Positions 20,718 to 32,300 of a DNA stretch of 64,000 nt are shown piece by piece (the first letter of the stretch is position 1; every line of letters begins with the position of its first letter). The DNA comes from Mayamaea pseudoterrestris (taxonomy: Eukaryota). The notes beneath the pieces were generated by a model. The model had not been told where the DNA came from and made no database searches. It worked only from the letters and a program-made list of their open reading frames with translations. Location: contig BROI01000021.1 in NCBI GenBank assembly GCA_027923505.1, forward strand, positions 186,001 to 250,000, written 5' to 3'. The translations under genes and the position numbers were made by a program.

Positions 20718-22346
20718 ATGAGTACTGGTACTGATAAAGCTACGCAAGACCAAGCACTGGAATCTACGAACAATGAACCGTTAATCAGCACGACAGCAAC
20801 GACAATGATGCTCAGCGATGATGGATCAATTTCTGCTGTCTATGAGTCAGCAGCCTCGACGAAGCTACCTAATATTTCATTCAAAAGAATGTTGTCTCAG
20901 TCTGCGACAGAGAACTCAGTTTTAAGCCATTCTACTCCAATGGATCGCCTTTCCGACTTTGCTGCGAGCAGCTCGACAAACAAAATGACGATGAAGGACG
21001 AGTCGCCCTCGTATCTTATAGCTTTCAAGGATCGGAGTAATCAAATCAGTTCTCCTTCAGTCGATGCAAGCATTAAGGACAGCAAAGTTCTTGCATCTTC
21101 TACTCGCATGAAACGATCCTTCCAGCCGGATTCACTGGCAACGACGCCCATTGCTCGATTCAGCCTTGCCGATGAACCGGAGGGTATCTGTTACACGCAA
21201 AGCAACAGTAAGAACCAAGGATCAATGTCATCCAAACGTCGTAAGAAGTCAAGTTTGATTGGATCGGGGCGCAAGAGTTACTCGGGTCGGGCCAAGGGGC
21301 GTCCTCCGCTCGCACTTGCTGGTGCGAAATTCGTTCGTTCGTCAGCGCATTTCATCGGAACGACCATCCAGAACGCATTGACTCCAATAGCCTCACAGAG
21401 TACGACCAAGAAGCAGCAGCAGCAGCAACAACAACGCAGGATCCGAGATAGCATGTCGCCGCAAAAGCACCAGCTACCAAGCTTGCATGAAGTCAACGAC
21501 ATTCGCAAATTGATTCATGAATACACGCTACTGGCCCCGCGAGATCGACCAGAATCTGCGGCGCAACGAGTTATTAGATGCACGACGGGGTATATACTCA
21601 ATCCACCGCTAGCTGCATTTTATAGAAGTCCATTGCCGGCTCGCAGTCCTATTCACACGCGAGCAAGCAAATTGGAAATGCTGTTCAAGCATAACATTCA
21701 TCCGAAGGAACTCGACGCGTGCAAGGTTCGAGACACGCAACTGGCGGAAGCATGCACGCAATGTAGGTACCAGCGGGAGGGATACAAGTATTATTACTTG
21801 CACATGGCAACTTCTCGCATGATTTCGCCGGCCCAGTACGAGGAGCGATACATGGTGATGCTCCAGCAAATGTGTAAGATTCGGAGCGCCTACTGGTGGG
21901 AATACTTTGAACAACTATTTGCGACAAGCGCTCGAGCTGGAGCCGATGAATTTGTTATTCATGGCATGGTGCAGGAAGGAAGAGACAAGGACGTTGAAGG
22001 GCATGGCGAGCCGCCAGCTTTGGATGGGAGCCATGGCGACACAAGCGGTTGCGTAAAACGGAGCGGAAGCGACAGCACAACTGGAAGCGTCTTGGCACAC
22101 GCTCAGGGCGGAGAGGCTGGTGCAAGTGATGTCAGTCCCTCCTGGCATGCCGTCGTGGTGCTCCAAGATATGAGAGCGTCGTCGTCGGTGCCAATTGCCT
22201 CGCAGGAGCCCGTACCTTATATCAATGACGATACCACCGTATGCTCTCAGCGCTGCATTAACGCATCGACTCTGGCGACGGGTCAAGTGCTCTATTCGTT
22301 ATCGACAAACGATGCATCGGCTGAAACGTCCGTAAGGACCGAGTGA
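20718..22346 (+). CDS. Hypothetical protein with a low-complexity, basic N-terminal half
   Basis: 542-aa ATG ORF; NLS-like KRRKK, polyQ, short aromatic-rich block (YQREGYKYYY...ISPAQYEERY). Confidence 0.65.
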   Translation: MSTGTDKATQDQALESTNNEPLISTTATTMMLSDDGSISAVYESAASTKLPNISFKRMLSQSATENSVLSHSTPMDRLSDFAASSSTNKMTMKDESPSYLIAFKDRSNQISSPSVDASIKDSKVLASSTRMKRSFQPDSLATTPIARFSLADEPEGICYTQSNSKNQGSMSSKRRKKSSLIGSGRKSYSGRAKGRPPLALAGAKFVRSSAHFIGTTIQNALTPIASQSTTKKQQQQQQQRRIRDSMSPQKHQLPSLHEVNDIRKLIHEYTLLAPRDRPESAAQRVIRCTTGYILNPPLAAFYRSPLPARSPIHTRASKLEMLFKHNIHPKELDACKVRDTQLAEACTQCRYQREGYKYYYLHMATSRMISPAQYEERYMVMLQQMCKIRSAYWWEYFEQLFATSARAGADEFVIHGMVQEGRDKDVEGHGEPPALDGSHGDTSGCVKRSGSDSTTGSVLAHAQGGEAGASDVSPSWHAVVVLQDMRASSSVPIASQEPVPYINDDTTVCSQRCINASTLATGQVLYSLSTNDASAETSVRTE

Positions 22347-22723
22347 TTGCACCGCACTGACTACTTTAGTATGATTGTTCGGCCTTACCTGGTTTGAGTA
22401 TGGTCGTAGTCATTTGTTGATATCATACATAAACGATCATTTAATATTGCGTGAGTGATTGCCGAGCAGGAAATCGTTGCGTGCTTTCGCGAGATGACTA
22501 CAAGTAGGCGCATTGAAAGCAACATTAAAACATACATAGAAATTGTACCTGCTTACATGAAAAAAACACTACAAGTTACTAGTAACCGCCACGGGCAACA
22601 AACTACGATAATCGTACGAGTACAGTACCTAGTAGAGTAACCGGTCCGACGCAATTCATTGCCGCTTCCAGTCACCTGCTTGTTGCGGCACCACCACCAA
22701 CCGCACATTCTTCATTGATCACC

Positions 22724-25700
22724 ATGATGGCGTCTCCACCGAGGGCCTTGCCCGAGGACGACGAGGACTTGACTTCCTTGCTACTTTCGAGTCCGGCATC
22801 AATATCAGCCTCTAATTTGCAGCAATTGGCGGAGCGATTTCTCGCAGATTCGTCGCGTCAACGAGATGATACGTCTCCTCTCCAACAAGTAATTGATGCA
22901 GCGCAAGACTTGGGCGTTCCTTATCATGGTTTCATGCAGAATATATCCGCTCTAGCGAATAAAAGTGTTTCGGATAATGATAACTCAAATATACCAGAAG
23001 CTTTTGAGACTGTGCAAGGAAAGCGTCACTTGGAAGCAGCCATGGCGCTGTTGCAGTGCAGCAAGAGCCAAGCCGTTGATTACACGCTGGGTACTCTAGT
23101 CAAAACGACAGCCGCGAGCGACATAACGCGTTATTTGGGAACGCCGACTCTCTTGGAAAAGCTTTTGCATTACTCCTATCGTCAAAGATTGGCGCGATTG
23201 ACGGCAATCGGAGAATTGCTTCGGCTGGAGCAAGAGCCAGACAATCATCATGATGCTGCTGCTACTGCAACCATGGCTAGAAACATTTTGAATGCACTTG
23301 ACGAAACGATTAAAATACAGTCATTCACAAGCAGCAATCAACAGCAGCCGCAGCAGCAGCCGCAAGCTGAGCATCACTCGCGAGGACTCTTTCGCATGCT
23401 ACTCTCGAGAGTCATGCTGCAGCAGGAAACTTTTTCGATTGATCAGCTACTACCAGCAAAACAACTCTGCCTATCCAAAAACAAATCCGACCAGCAAGTA
23501 CATTCAGACTGGCAGCACTTGAATGCAGTCTTGTTGCAGATCCAGCGAGCTTTTTACAATCAGGAGCGCGTCTTGGCCATGCAAGTATTGGCGACGCTCT
23601 TGTACAGTCGCATGAGTGTTCATCGCAGGGATATCGTTGTTTTACTTTTATTTTTTCAATCCAATGACGACTGGTTCACGTCGTCGCCTGCAGCATCATT
23701 CTATAATCATGACGCTAGTACCAACGCAGCGACAACCAAGGAGCTTGCTCGCTTGGCTGCATTGATTGGCGTCGAATGCATGAGTCTGTGGCGTGTCACG
23801 ATGGACGAAAAATGGGTTCACAACCATCCGCTGCTGCAAAACTTGTTTGATCAGGAGGATGCAGTTGCGCTGGAATTGAAAATCATCAAGTCGCTATTGG
23901 AAAAGTACTTGCAGCAAATCACCAATCGCAGACTTGTCCACGGAACACTCGAGACGCCGGAATCGCTTGTCGCTTTGGCATATGGATTGCTGCTCATGGT
24001 GGCGCATGCTGCCATTTTAACAACTTCGCACGGCGCCACCTCGGGCGCATACTGGCAACACTTTTCAGATGACGGGGCCAACATGGTCATGGCGAGTAAT
24101 GACGCATTTTCATTCGAATACTTTGACACTGCCATGCGATCATTAGTGCCGCCAGTCGAATCTCGTCTATCCGGCAGAAGATCGGACCAGAACGCAACTA
24201 TTACCGACGGAGCAACACTTGAGGTAGCTACGGAACTAAACGCAACTGCATTGACGTTTGCAAGCATTGGTCGAGAGTTACTTAGCACTGCGGTGATTGC
24301 TTTTGACGACACGCTTCTTTCCTTGGCGCACGACGGAGCAGCCGACAATATCAGTATGCTCACGAAAATGGCCATTACCGTTCACCAAAACAGTCCGACG
24401 CTGTGTCGTCGCTTTTGGTCTGACTGGGAGAATATTCACTTGGCTCCAAATATTCATCGTATGCCCGTTCCGATTTGTTGCTTGATGGACAAGGCATACG
24501 AGCTTTCCACCAAGTCCAAAATTGCAAATACATTGCCCGGAGTCGCGCCGTTGCTGCGCATGGTGTCCGCCATCGTTTATAATGCTGATTCAACAAACAA
24601 GGTCTTGGTGCATATTCTTCCGGCTGGTGCGGTCCGAATGGCGCTGGTGTCGTGCACATCCGACAAGGTTTCTGAGGAACAACGACGAATAGTTTTGGAC
24701 TCGTTGCGAGTCTTGTCAATAACGGGTGCGTCAGCGATGTGTCGAACGCTGCTGCGAAACGCTCTTGACAAGAACAATGATTCATTAATCGACAAAGCAG
24801 ACCGGCATGGCGGTCCGCAATTACTGATAACAATAGGTGCTGGCGACAATTGTAACACCAAATGTGCCTTAACGATAGTGGGTGCGCTGGCAGTAGATGC
24901 TCCAGAGCGATGGGTACTTGCGAGTGCGCAACATATATTGCATTCCACCAAAATGGCGGAGAGTCTCGGAATAGACGAAACAAAGGTGCAAACTGCGTTT
25001 GTCTCATATATTGGAATTGTCGTGGAACGCATGAACAACATTCTTCACTCGCCATGGATTCGAATGGAGGAGAAAACGGCATTCCTTGTTACCATCGAGC
25101 GTGCTATACGCGGTTGTGCATCGCTACTATCAGCGTTGGTATCGACGATTGGAAAACAGGCTCGCTATGGGGCAAGCACCCTGGAAACTATTTACGAAGT
25201 TCTCGTGTGTCTGACAAATGCATTGGTTAGCGTTCGACCCGCCACGACGCATGCTCTACCTGAAATTCGACAAGCTATCAGCGATTTGCGTACGGCGTTG
25301 GTGACCCTCTGCGCTGCCAGCCACAACCTAGGTGGCACATTGCTACATTTTGCGACGTTGCCGGTGTCGTTAAGTTTGGCGAATGACCTTTTTGATTATT
25401 TGCAGGAGTCGAATATGACGGATGAAACTGCTATAAGCGGATCTTACAAGCTACAGGCGTTACAGCAGGTTGCAGGTAGTTTGGAATCGGCACAGAATCC
25501 AGTTCAATTTCTTGCGGACAAGGTTGACTCCGTCGAAATTGAATTTGATGGCGTTTATGCCAAAGGTTGGCTCAGCGGCGAGGATATTCAATTTGCCTTG
25601 CAAGCAGCTCAGCAAGCGATGGACCTTTTGATTATGTGGGGTTTGAATGTAGAAGACATGGCTGTGGACGACGATGAGTTGGAAATTATCACTCTGTCGC

Positions 25701-28700
25701 CGTACCATGCTCTATTGGAATCATCATTGTTACCAGCGGTATGTCATTTCCGTCAGGGAATGTTAGCGACTTGGACTACTGTTGATCCTTCGTTCCTATC
25801 GTTGTTGCTGCGATGTCTGGACAATCGCGAGCCTGACAATAACGCTGCCAGGTCTGCAAATTTTCTTGCTCTGTGTGTCATTCATGCTAAACGTCAATTA
25901 AACGGCAAAGGTCTCGGTGAGACGATGTTTCGAAAGCTGTATCAGTCGAGAGCGTTCGCGAAACTGTCCACGACTCTAACTAAAGAACTGTTGCCGAACA
26001 TTATGATGAGCACAAACGACGCTTTGCACGATACTTCGAAGATCAGCCTTGCTTCAGCGCTTTTGCGAACGCTTTCCATTTGTTGTGAAATTTCGGCGTC
26101 CATGGCGCTGAAGGCCCTTGGAAAGAGCCCCGAAGATGCTGTTTCCTCCCTATGTGTCATTGTCACCAATGTTGTTAGAGACATCGACCGACAAGACGTC
26201 AATGAGCAACCTTCCCTTAAACTTTTACGCCACCTGGAGGTTGCAAGCCAATGTCTTAGAGTACTCTTGTCTGTCTGGAGGCAAGCGAGAAGAGCAAAAT
26301 CGGATGGCGACAGTAGCGACTCGTTAAAGGCAATACTCGTAGAAGAGCATGCATTGACATTTCAGCTGGCTAGCTTTCTGTTTAGAGCATTCGGGTCTCC
26401 ATTATCGCTTGAACCTGACTTCAACTTCTTTCTCGCCTTTATCCATGATCTACTTTCCACCGAGATCAAGTGGGCCATTGAAAGTGCTGGCGATGATGGC
26501 AAACAGACTCTGGTGAACATGCTAGATTCTATCAAAGATGATAGATTTGTTTCGGTGACGACCTTCCAGACCAGCTTAAAGCAATATCCTTGCTATGTGC
26601 TAGCTTACTCGAAGCTCTCATCACGCTTAACTGCATTGTCAAACGAATCTGCTGTGCCATCCGAGTTAGTTATGCTCCTGTCGTTGTCAAGCCGCCTTGG
26701 CGATGTTCTGCGCCAGGACCAAAACTCCAGAGCGTGGCGCCAAGAGTCGCAATATCTCAGCTCCTTTGCGCATGCCGCTTCCCATCTAAGCGAGCTTACT
26801 AATGACTTCGAAGAATTGAAATTTGCCCGTCGTAATGTTGCGTCGGAGATACGCCGGTTGAAGTCCTGGGTACTCTTCTGTAACCGTTTGTCTGTCTTGC
26901 TGCGCATGGCAAGATTAGACGACAAAGTTGGCTCAATCAAATGTTTGAACAGCACGAACGTCATTGAGTGCTCACGGGCCATCGCTTGCGCGCTTCTCGA
27001 TCATTTGCGGGCTGTGAAGCACGCTGAAACAGAATTGACTGCGTCGGGTGTTGTCTCGGAAGGGATGGCGATGGCTGGACATCTGGCTGCTTGTCTGTTA
27101 AACTTTGTCGAGCTATGCGGCTCAAACGACGAAGTCGGAGTTGATGTCATTGAGTCTGTCGACCAATGTCTGGCAGAATTCTATTCCGTAAATGTGACTA
27201 ACTTAGAAGTCGGCGAACTGTTATTGACCATCGCTTCGGCCCTATATGCCTTGCGTCCACCTTTAAATAAGGTTAACGCCGTTGAAGAAGCGAGGGTAAG
27301 ATTCAACAACACAAAGCTTCGTCTTGTTCAGTCTTGCTGCAATGCAATCCGAAAGTTAGACTCTGTAACAGCGACGGCAGATGTTCGCCAGATTGCTTCC
27401 TGTTTTCGCTGCGCGCTGACGCTGTTGGCGACGGTTGTCGCATCATTTGCACATACGCAGGAGACGCAAGAGAACGATCGACTTGCATCTGAAGCGCTAG
27501 AAATATATGTGAACGGCGACACTATCCGGACTATTGATCGCTTGCTGAAGTTACTCTCTTCGAATGCACCGGGTGCTAACGACACGCAATACGTTGGTCC
27601 TCTTTTGTCGTCATTGGAGTTGCTCACAGCATTAGCATTATCCAAAAGTCCTACACTTCTGACAATGATGATGGTGAATAATGTTTCTAGTTTCGTCAAC
27701 AGAGTCTCGGTAATGGTTTGCAGTTTTTTCGCTCACGAACCTAATCTGGATGGCACCACTTACAGAGCAAAGGGCTCTGTCAGCCAGATGCACCAAGCTT
27801 GTCTACGCTTTCTGTCAGCCATTCTTCATGTCGCAAACCTTTCAGAATCGAGCACAAATATTTCCTCGCAATGCATTGCTCTCGCCATCGACTATTTTGC
27901 TACTATCACGAGCATTTTCGAGTGTTTAAAGCAAAGCAGCACTGTTCCGAATTACTGTTTGAGGCTGAACGTACTTCAAGAATGTGAATTGGTGCTTTCG
28001 ATAAGCGCGACGCTTTGTTCAAACGGGGCGAATAATTTATTCGCGAAAACTTGTCCTGAGCTGTTTCAAACTCTAATATCTTGTTCGAGAAATCTGATTG
28101 TTGCGGTGGGTTCATTCCTGGGAGCATCTGCAGCTGCTCGCGAACGCTTTGCCGCCATTGATGCTGACGATGCAGATACAAGTGATCATCAAAATAACAG
28201 ACAAGGGCCTGTCAGCCTAGCTGACCGCTTGCTGAGGAACGGTGCTCCCAACACCAAACATGAAGCCATCCGTTTCTCTCATCTACGCTATGAGCATTAC
28301 GAGAACGATACCATCGATAACGACGAGTTAGCGGAAAGCAAGCAGGGAGTATCTTATGTTGCGCGGCGAGATGGCGAAGAAAGTCCTCACTCGTTAATGT
28401 CTTTGGAACAGAAGTGTCGATTGTCCGTATATAGCCAATTTGCTTTTGAACTCGAACTTAAGGCCGCCGAATGCTTGTTTTTAGCGTCCACAATATTGAT
28501 GAAGACTCATCCGGCATCATCAGCATTCGTTCGTTTTACTTCGACGGAAGTTGCGAGACTTGATGGACTCTCTTTGGCGAAGAACGGAAGCACAATTGCG
28601 TTTCGGCGTGGACGCAGTCCGAAAAATCAGCTTTCGCCTCAAAATGGCCGACCTATTGATTCATGTGAAGCACTTACGTACGGTGAAGTAATTCAGGTGG

Positions 28701-29260
28701 ATACATTCAACCGATTATGGCAAGTGCGCATATCCGACGGCACGAGCGAAGTTGTTGTTGTCAACGAATCGGAACTCGCTGGAATTGAAGATTCAATGAA
28801 GCTGCGTTGCGTTCTGGCCTATCGCCCAGCTCCCGAAACAGCAAGTGAGCTTGAGCAAACGCTTGTTTCGGCGTCAACTGGTCATCTGCTCTTGGCGCTC
28901 CGATGGTGCCACAATATTTCTAAGTTGGATGTTGCAAACTCTTCATCGGCTTCCCTTATTCATCGCTTGACGGAGGTCTTGGCAATATTTGTTGCCAAGG
29001 AGCTGTCCATCCACCGCAAGATAGGGAGTCCATCGATGCTGGGCCAGCCCGGCTATGTGCCGCTAATTGCCAGTCAGATATTCGATCTATTTGGAGTCGA
29101 GTCTACCAGCGACCTTTTGCAATCCTCCCATCGTAGCGTGCATCCAATTCTTTCTTCTCAATTGTGGGCCATCGTGCGATTGCAGCTGCATCACGAACTA
29201 GCCAACGCGGCGCAAGATCAAGAATTATATCCATTGCGTGGAAACCGTCTAATCTCATAG
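22724..29260 (+). CDS. Very large alpha-solenoid protein, possibly Nup188/Nup205-like nucleoporin
   Basis: 6.5-kb intact Leu/Ala-rich ORF. Motifs YSYRQRLARL...ELLRLE, FYNQER and PTLCRRFW are reminiscent of Nup188/205. The ORF is solid; the product call is tentative. Confidence 0.6.
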   Translation: MMASPPRALPEDDEDLTSLLLSSPASISASNLQQLAERFLADSSRQRDDTSPLQQVIDAAQDLGVPYHGFMQNISALANKSVSDNDNSNIPEAFETVQGKRHLEAAMALLQCSKSQAVDYTLGTLVKTTAASDITRYLGTPTLLEKLLHYSYRQRLARLTAIGELLRLEQEPDNHHDAAATATMARNILNALDETIKIQSFTSSNQQQPQQQPQAEHHSRGLFRMLLSRVMLQQETFSIDQLLPAKQLCLSKNKSDQQVHSDWQHLNAVLLQIQRAFYNQERVLAMQVLATLLYSRMSVHRRDIVVLLLFFQSNDDWFTSSPAASFYNHDASTNAATTKELARLAALIGVECMSLWRVTMDEKWVHNHPLLQNLFDQEDAVALELKIIKSLLEKYLQQITNRRLVHGTLETPESLVALAYGLLLMVAHAAILTTSHGATSGAYWQHFSDDGANMVMASNDAFSFEYFDTAMRSLVPPVESRLSGRRSDQNATITDGATLEVATELNATALTFASIGRELLSTAVIAFDDTLLSLAHDGAADNISMLTKMAITVHQNSPTLCRRFWSDWENIHLAPNIHRMPVPICCLMDKAYELSTKSKIANTLPGVAPLLRMVSAIVYNADSTNKVLVHILPAGAVRMALVSCTSDKVSEEQRRIVLDSLRVLSITGASAMCRTLLRNALDKNNDSLIDKADRHGGPQLLITIGAGDNCNTKCALTIVGALAVDAPERWVLASAQHILHSTKMAESLGIDETKVQTAFVSYIGIVVERMNNILHSPWIRMEEKTAFLVTIERAIRGCASLLSALVSTIGKQARYGASTLETIYEVLVCLTNALVSVRPATTHALPEIRQAISDLRTALVTLCAASHNLGGTLLHFATLPVSLSLANDLFDYLQESNMTDETAISGSYKLQALQQVAGSLESAQNPVQFLADKVDSVEIEFDGVYAKGWLSGEDIQFALQAAQQAMDLLIMWGLNVEDMAVDDDELEIITLSPYHALLESSLLPAVCHFRQGMLATWTTVDPSFLSLLLRCLDNREPDNNAARSANFLALCVIHAKRQLNGKGLGETMFRKLYQSRAFAKLSTTLTKELLPNIMMSTNDALHDTSKISLASALLRTLSICCEISASMALKALGKSPEDAVSSLCVIVTNVVRDIDRQDVNEQPSLKLLRHLEVASQCLRVLLSVWRQARRAKSDGDSSDSLKAILVEEHALTFQLASFLFRAFGSPLSLEPDFNFFLAFIHDLLSTEIKWAIESAGDDGKQTLVNMLDSIKDDRFVSVTTFQTSLKQYPCYVLAYSKLSSRLTALSNESAVPSELVMLLSLSSRLGDVLRQDQNSRAWRQESQYLSSFAHAASHLSELTNDFEELKFARRNVASEIRRLKSWVLFCNRLSVLLRMARLDDKVGSIKCLNSTNVIECSRAIACALLDHLRAVKHAETELTASGVVSEGMAMAGHLAACLLNFVELCGSNDEVGVDVIESVDQCLAEFYSVNVTNLEVGELLLTIASALYALRPPLNKVNAVEEARVRFNNTKLRLVQSCCNAIRKLDSVTATADVRQIASCFRCALTLLATVVASFAHTQETQENDRLASEALEIYVNGDTIRTIDRLLKLLSSNAPGANDTQYVGPLLSSLELLTALALSKSPTLLTMMMVNNVSSFVNRVSVMVCSFFAHEPNLDGTTYRAKGSVSQMHQACLRFLSAILHVANLSESSTNISSQCIALAIDYFATITSIFECLKQSSTVPNYCLRLNVLQECELVLSISATLCSNGANNLFAKTCPELFQTLISCSRNLIVAVGSFLGASAAARERFAAIDADDADTSDHQNNRQGPVSLADRLLRNGAPNTKHEAIRFSHLRYEHYENDTIDNDELAESKQGVSYVARRDGEESPHSLMSLEQKCRLSVYSQFAFELELKAAECLFLASTILMKTHPASSAFVRFTSTEVARLDGLSLAKNGSTIAFRRGRSPKNQLSPQNGRPIDSCEALTYGEVIQVDTFNRLWQVRISDGTSEVVVVNESELAGIEDSMKLRCVLAYRPAPETASELEQTLVSASTGHLLLALRWCHNISKLDVANSSSASLIHRLTEVLAIFVAKELSIHRKIGSPSMLGQPGYVPLIASQIFDLFGVESTSDLLQSSHRSVHPILSSQLWAIVRLQLHHELANAAQDQELYPLRGNRLIS

Positions 29261-29372
29261 TTTCGGCCGTTCGTACCAGCAATCTTGACGTACATCGTAC
29301 AGGTAATCCACTCATTAACTCCAAAAAGATTGAGATTTTAACTATGTATTTAATGATTTATTTAAAGGCCAT

Positions 29373-32300
29373 TTAACGGCGGCGATTAAACCCATGCTCC
29401 GTATCGTACTTGTAGCGTGTTTGAGCATCCGACAAAATCTCATATGCCATCTGAATGCGGCGAAACTTGTCGGCAGCGTTTGAATCGTGTATGTTTTTGT
29501 CAGGATGCTCTGTCAGCGCCTTAGCCCTGTAAGCTTTTTTCACATCTCTTGCCGTCGCGTTGAAATCGATTCCGAGGACAGCGTAGTGCGATATACTGAG
29601 ATCCGACCCCGGCGAGCCATTGACACTTCGCTGGTGCGCTGAATGAGATCCACCTGCATTCGCCGATCTTGCCCGGTTCCCTTCCTGGTTGCCAGATGAC
29701 TTGCTTGACGCCGATGGACCCGAACGTGGGTGCCGTCCGGCAAAGGAGTCCCAATGAAAAGGATCACTCCTTTGATTGTGCCAGTCCTGTCGTCGCTGCT
29801 GAGCATTATGATTTGGACGATAATTGCTACCATCATACGACTGAGAGTGCATATTGTCATGTCGTCGCTGCCACTCGTTTCGTCGATTCTCTGTCTCACG
29901 CGCTGCGGCATCCATTCGACGCTTGACAATGTGCACATCGTCAAGTTCCTTTAACACTGTAGTAACATCTTCAGCTGTCACCTCTCGAGGCAAGTCAAAC
30001 CAACAGGGCGATCCACCTGATGACGTTTTAGGATTAGACTTCCCCTCTGCCGCCAACTCTCGCCATTTTTCATACTCTCGAATCGCTTCTTCGCATCGAC
30101 TTAACCGACTGTAGCACCGAGCTCGACGAAGCAGAGCCTTCATATAGCGAGGATGTATGCGCAAAGCAGCGGCGCATTCGTCAAGAGCGTCATTGTATCG
30201 ATGCAACGCCATAAAACATGCTGCACGGTTGCAATATAGAACAGCATGGAGTCGACCGCCAGCGGTTCGAAGGCTCGGGCTAGTCAAATCTTCTCCATCG
30301 ATCGCAAGGCACTTGCCATATTCCTTAGCAGCAAGGTCATAATCCTGCAACCGAAAAAGCTTGTCTCCATACTCTCGACCTTTTTTGGTTTTATTGAGCT
30401 TAATAAACTCACGCGACAACCACGAGAACTTACTATGCATGACACTTCCGCTGTAAAGATGACGACCACTTTCGACTAACTCTTCGATCGACTTTAAAGC
30501 AGCTTCTGCGGAAGGATAGCGCTCTTCAAGACGCAGTGCACGTATGTATATCTGAGTCAGCGAGTGTGGCAGGCGCAAGACGGCTTCGCCACAAGCTTTG
30601 GAATTCAGTTTCACCTCTGCTTCTTCGTCGGTTTCATCCACTACTGCAAACGACGAGGCACTCAAGAACTTAGCTTTGGGGACGCCTGGCAACGGATTGT
30701 GTGACGCAAGATCAATTTCATGGAACAAGGCCTCCAGAGGAACACGGGAGCAAGCGAGACGTTCCAAGAAACCGGCCACCTCTCGCCACCGATTCATCGT
30801 CACCAATAGCGTCACCTTGCTTTCGAACAGGTTGACAGACCCACAGGCTACGCTAAGAGCACTTTTTACTTGCGCAAGCGCCTCAACAAACAGGCGCCTG
30901 TCATTCTTCTTGGCGCTTCCGCTTGACATCGTCGCGACGCAAGTCGAAATTGACGCGCATAGATCTGCAAGTCGCTCAGCGTCAAGTTTGGTCAGTGTTG
31001 CCTCTGTAACCATTTGATTTAGCAGCGATTTGCATTTCTCTGCATCGGATTGAGCAAGAATAGTTGGAAACATGGTCAATCCTCTAGTCGCGTGTTCAAT
31101 TGCTTTGTCTAGCGTTTGAACTGCAGTAACGTGGTCTCCACTCTTCAAATACGCCTTGCCGAGTCGTAACAACAGCTTGACACGCAACGGCAACCCACTG
31201 TCGTGCGAGAAGAACTCTCCAGGCCCAGACGCTTCAGAAACGTACAAAAGTCCTTCAATGCAATCCCTGATGGCTGGCTCGAAAGCTTCCATCATGACAA
31301 AACAAGCTGCTCGATTCGACAACAGAACTGACAAGGTATCATTGGGTGTTGGTATATCTATTCCGTCAAATAGCTTTATCGCCTTGGTCCATTGGACAAT
31401 ACTGCCGCAAAAATCCTTTGCCTCATATAGGTTGCGAGCTTCGTCACGAAGCACAGCGACTAGTTCTGCCCGCTTTTCATCTTGCGATGGCGCCAGCGGC
31501 TTCTCTGGTCCGGATCCTTCTGTAAATCTATTAGTGGGAGTGTGTGTTTCCTTACTTTGTGCATTTAAGAAAGAGTCAGCCGCGCCAAATGCAGTCGCAG
31601 CAAACGACTTTGCGCCAGTATGCCAAGAATAAGCCGCCTGTGCACGCGTCTTGTTTCTTATTGGAGTTGCTTGCTTGCTGCGAGGAATATTTGTGCCAAT
31701 ATGGAACATTGCCGCACCGTCGGTAGGATGATGAATGCCCACATTAAACTTTGGCGGAGGCGTAATTTCCATCGAATCAACCTCCATAGGCGAAGGCGGA
31801 TTAGTGACGACGGCGGGAGCAGGTGCACGAAACGTGGGCGCTACCTTGACTGAACTGATGCGTCGAGAGTTTACCCTCCCGCGTCCTCGTCCCTTGCAGT
31901 TAACTGGAGGTCCACCAATCGAAAAACCAACATCAACTGTGTTGCTGCTAGCATTCGACAAGCCATGATTCACGGGATGCAGCGGCATGGTTCCACTAGC
32001 AAAGCTCATTATCGGCTGTTGTGGTATATTGCTTTCTCTCGCAGGGGCAGAAGCAAAAGGATTCGGAAATGACGACGATGGCATTGGACAATCAAAGACT
32101 GGAGCTTCATTCACAGTCACAAAGGGCGGCGTTCCTCCTTTGCGTCGATTCTTGCCTCGCCCAGTTTGAAAGGCATTGGCAGCCGGCTCATGACCAAAGA
32201 CTGCATTCGCATCTTCCACTAATGTCGAAGCTTTCGGTGTTCGAAATTGTTGCTGTGGTGGAGTCAACCGCGTCGTGACATTGGGCGGCAGGTGCGTCGT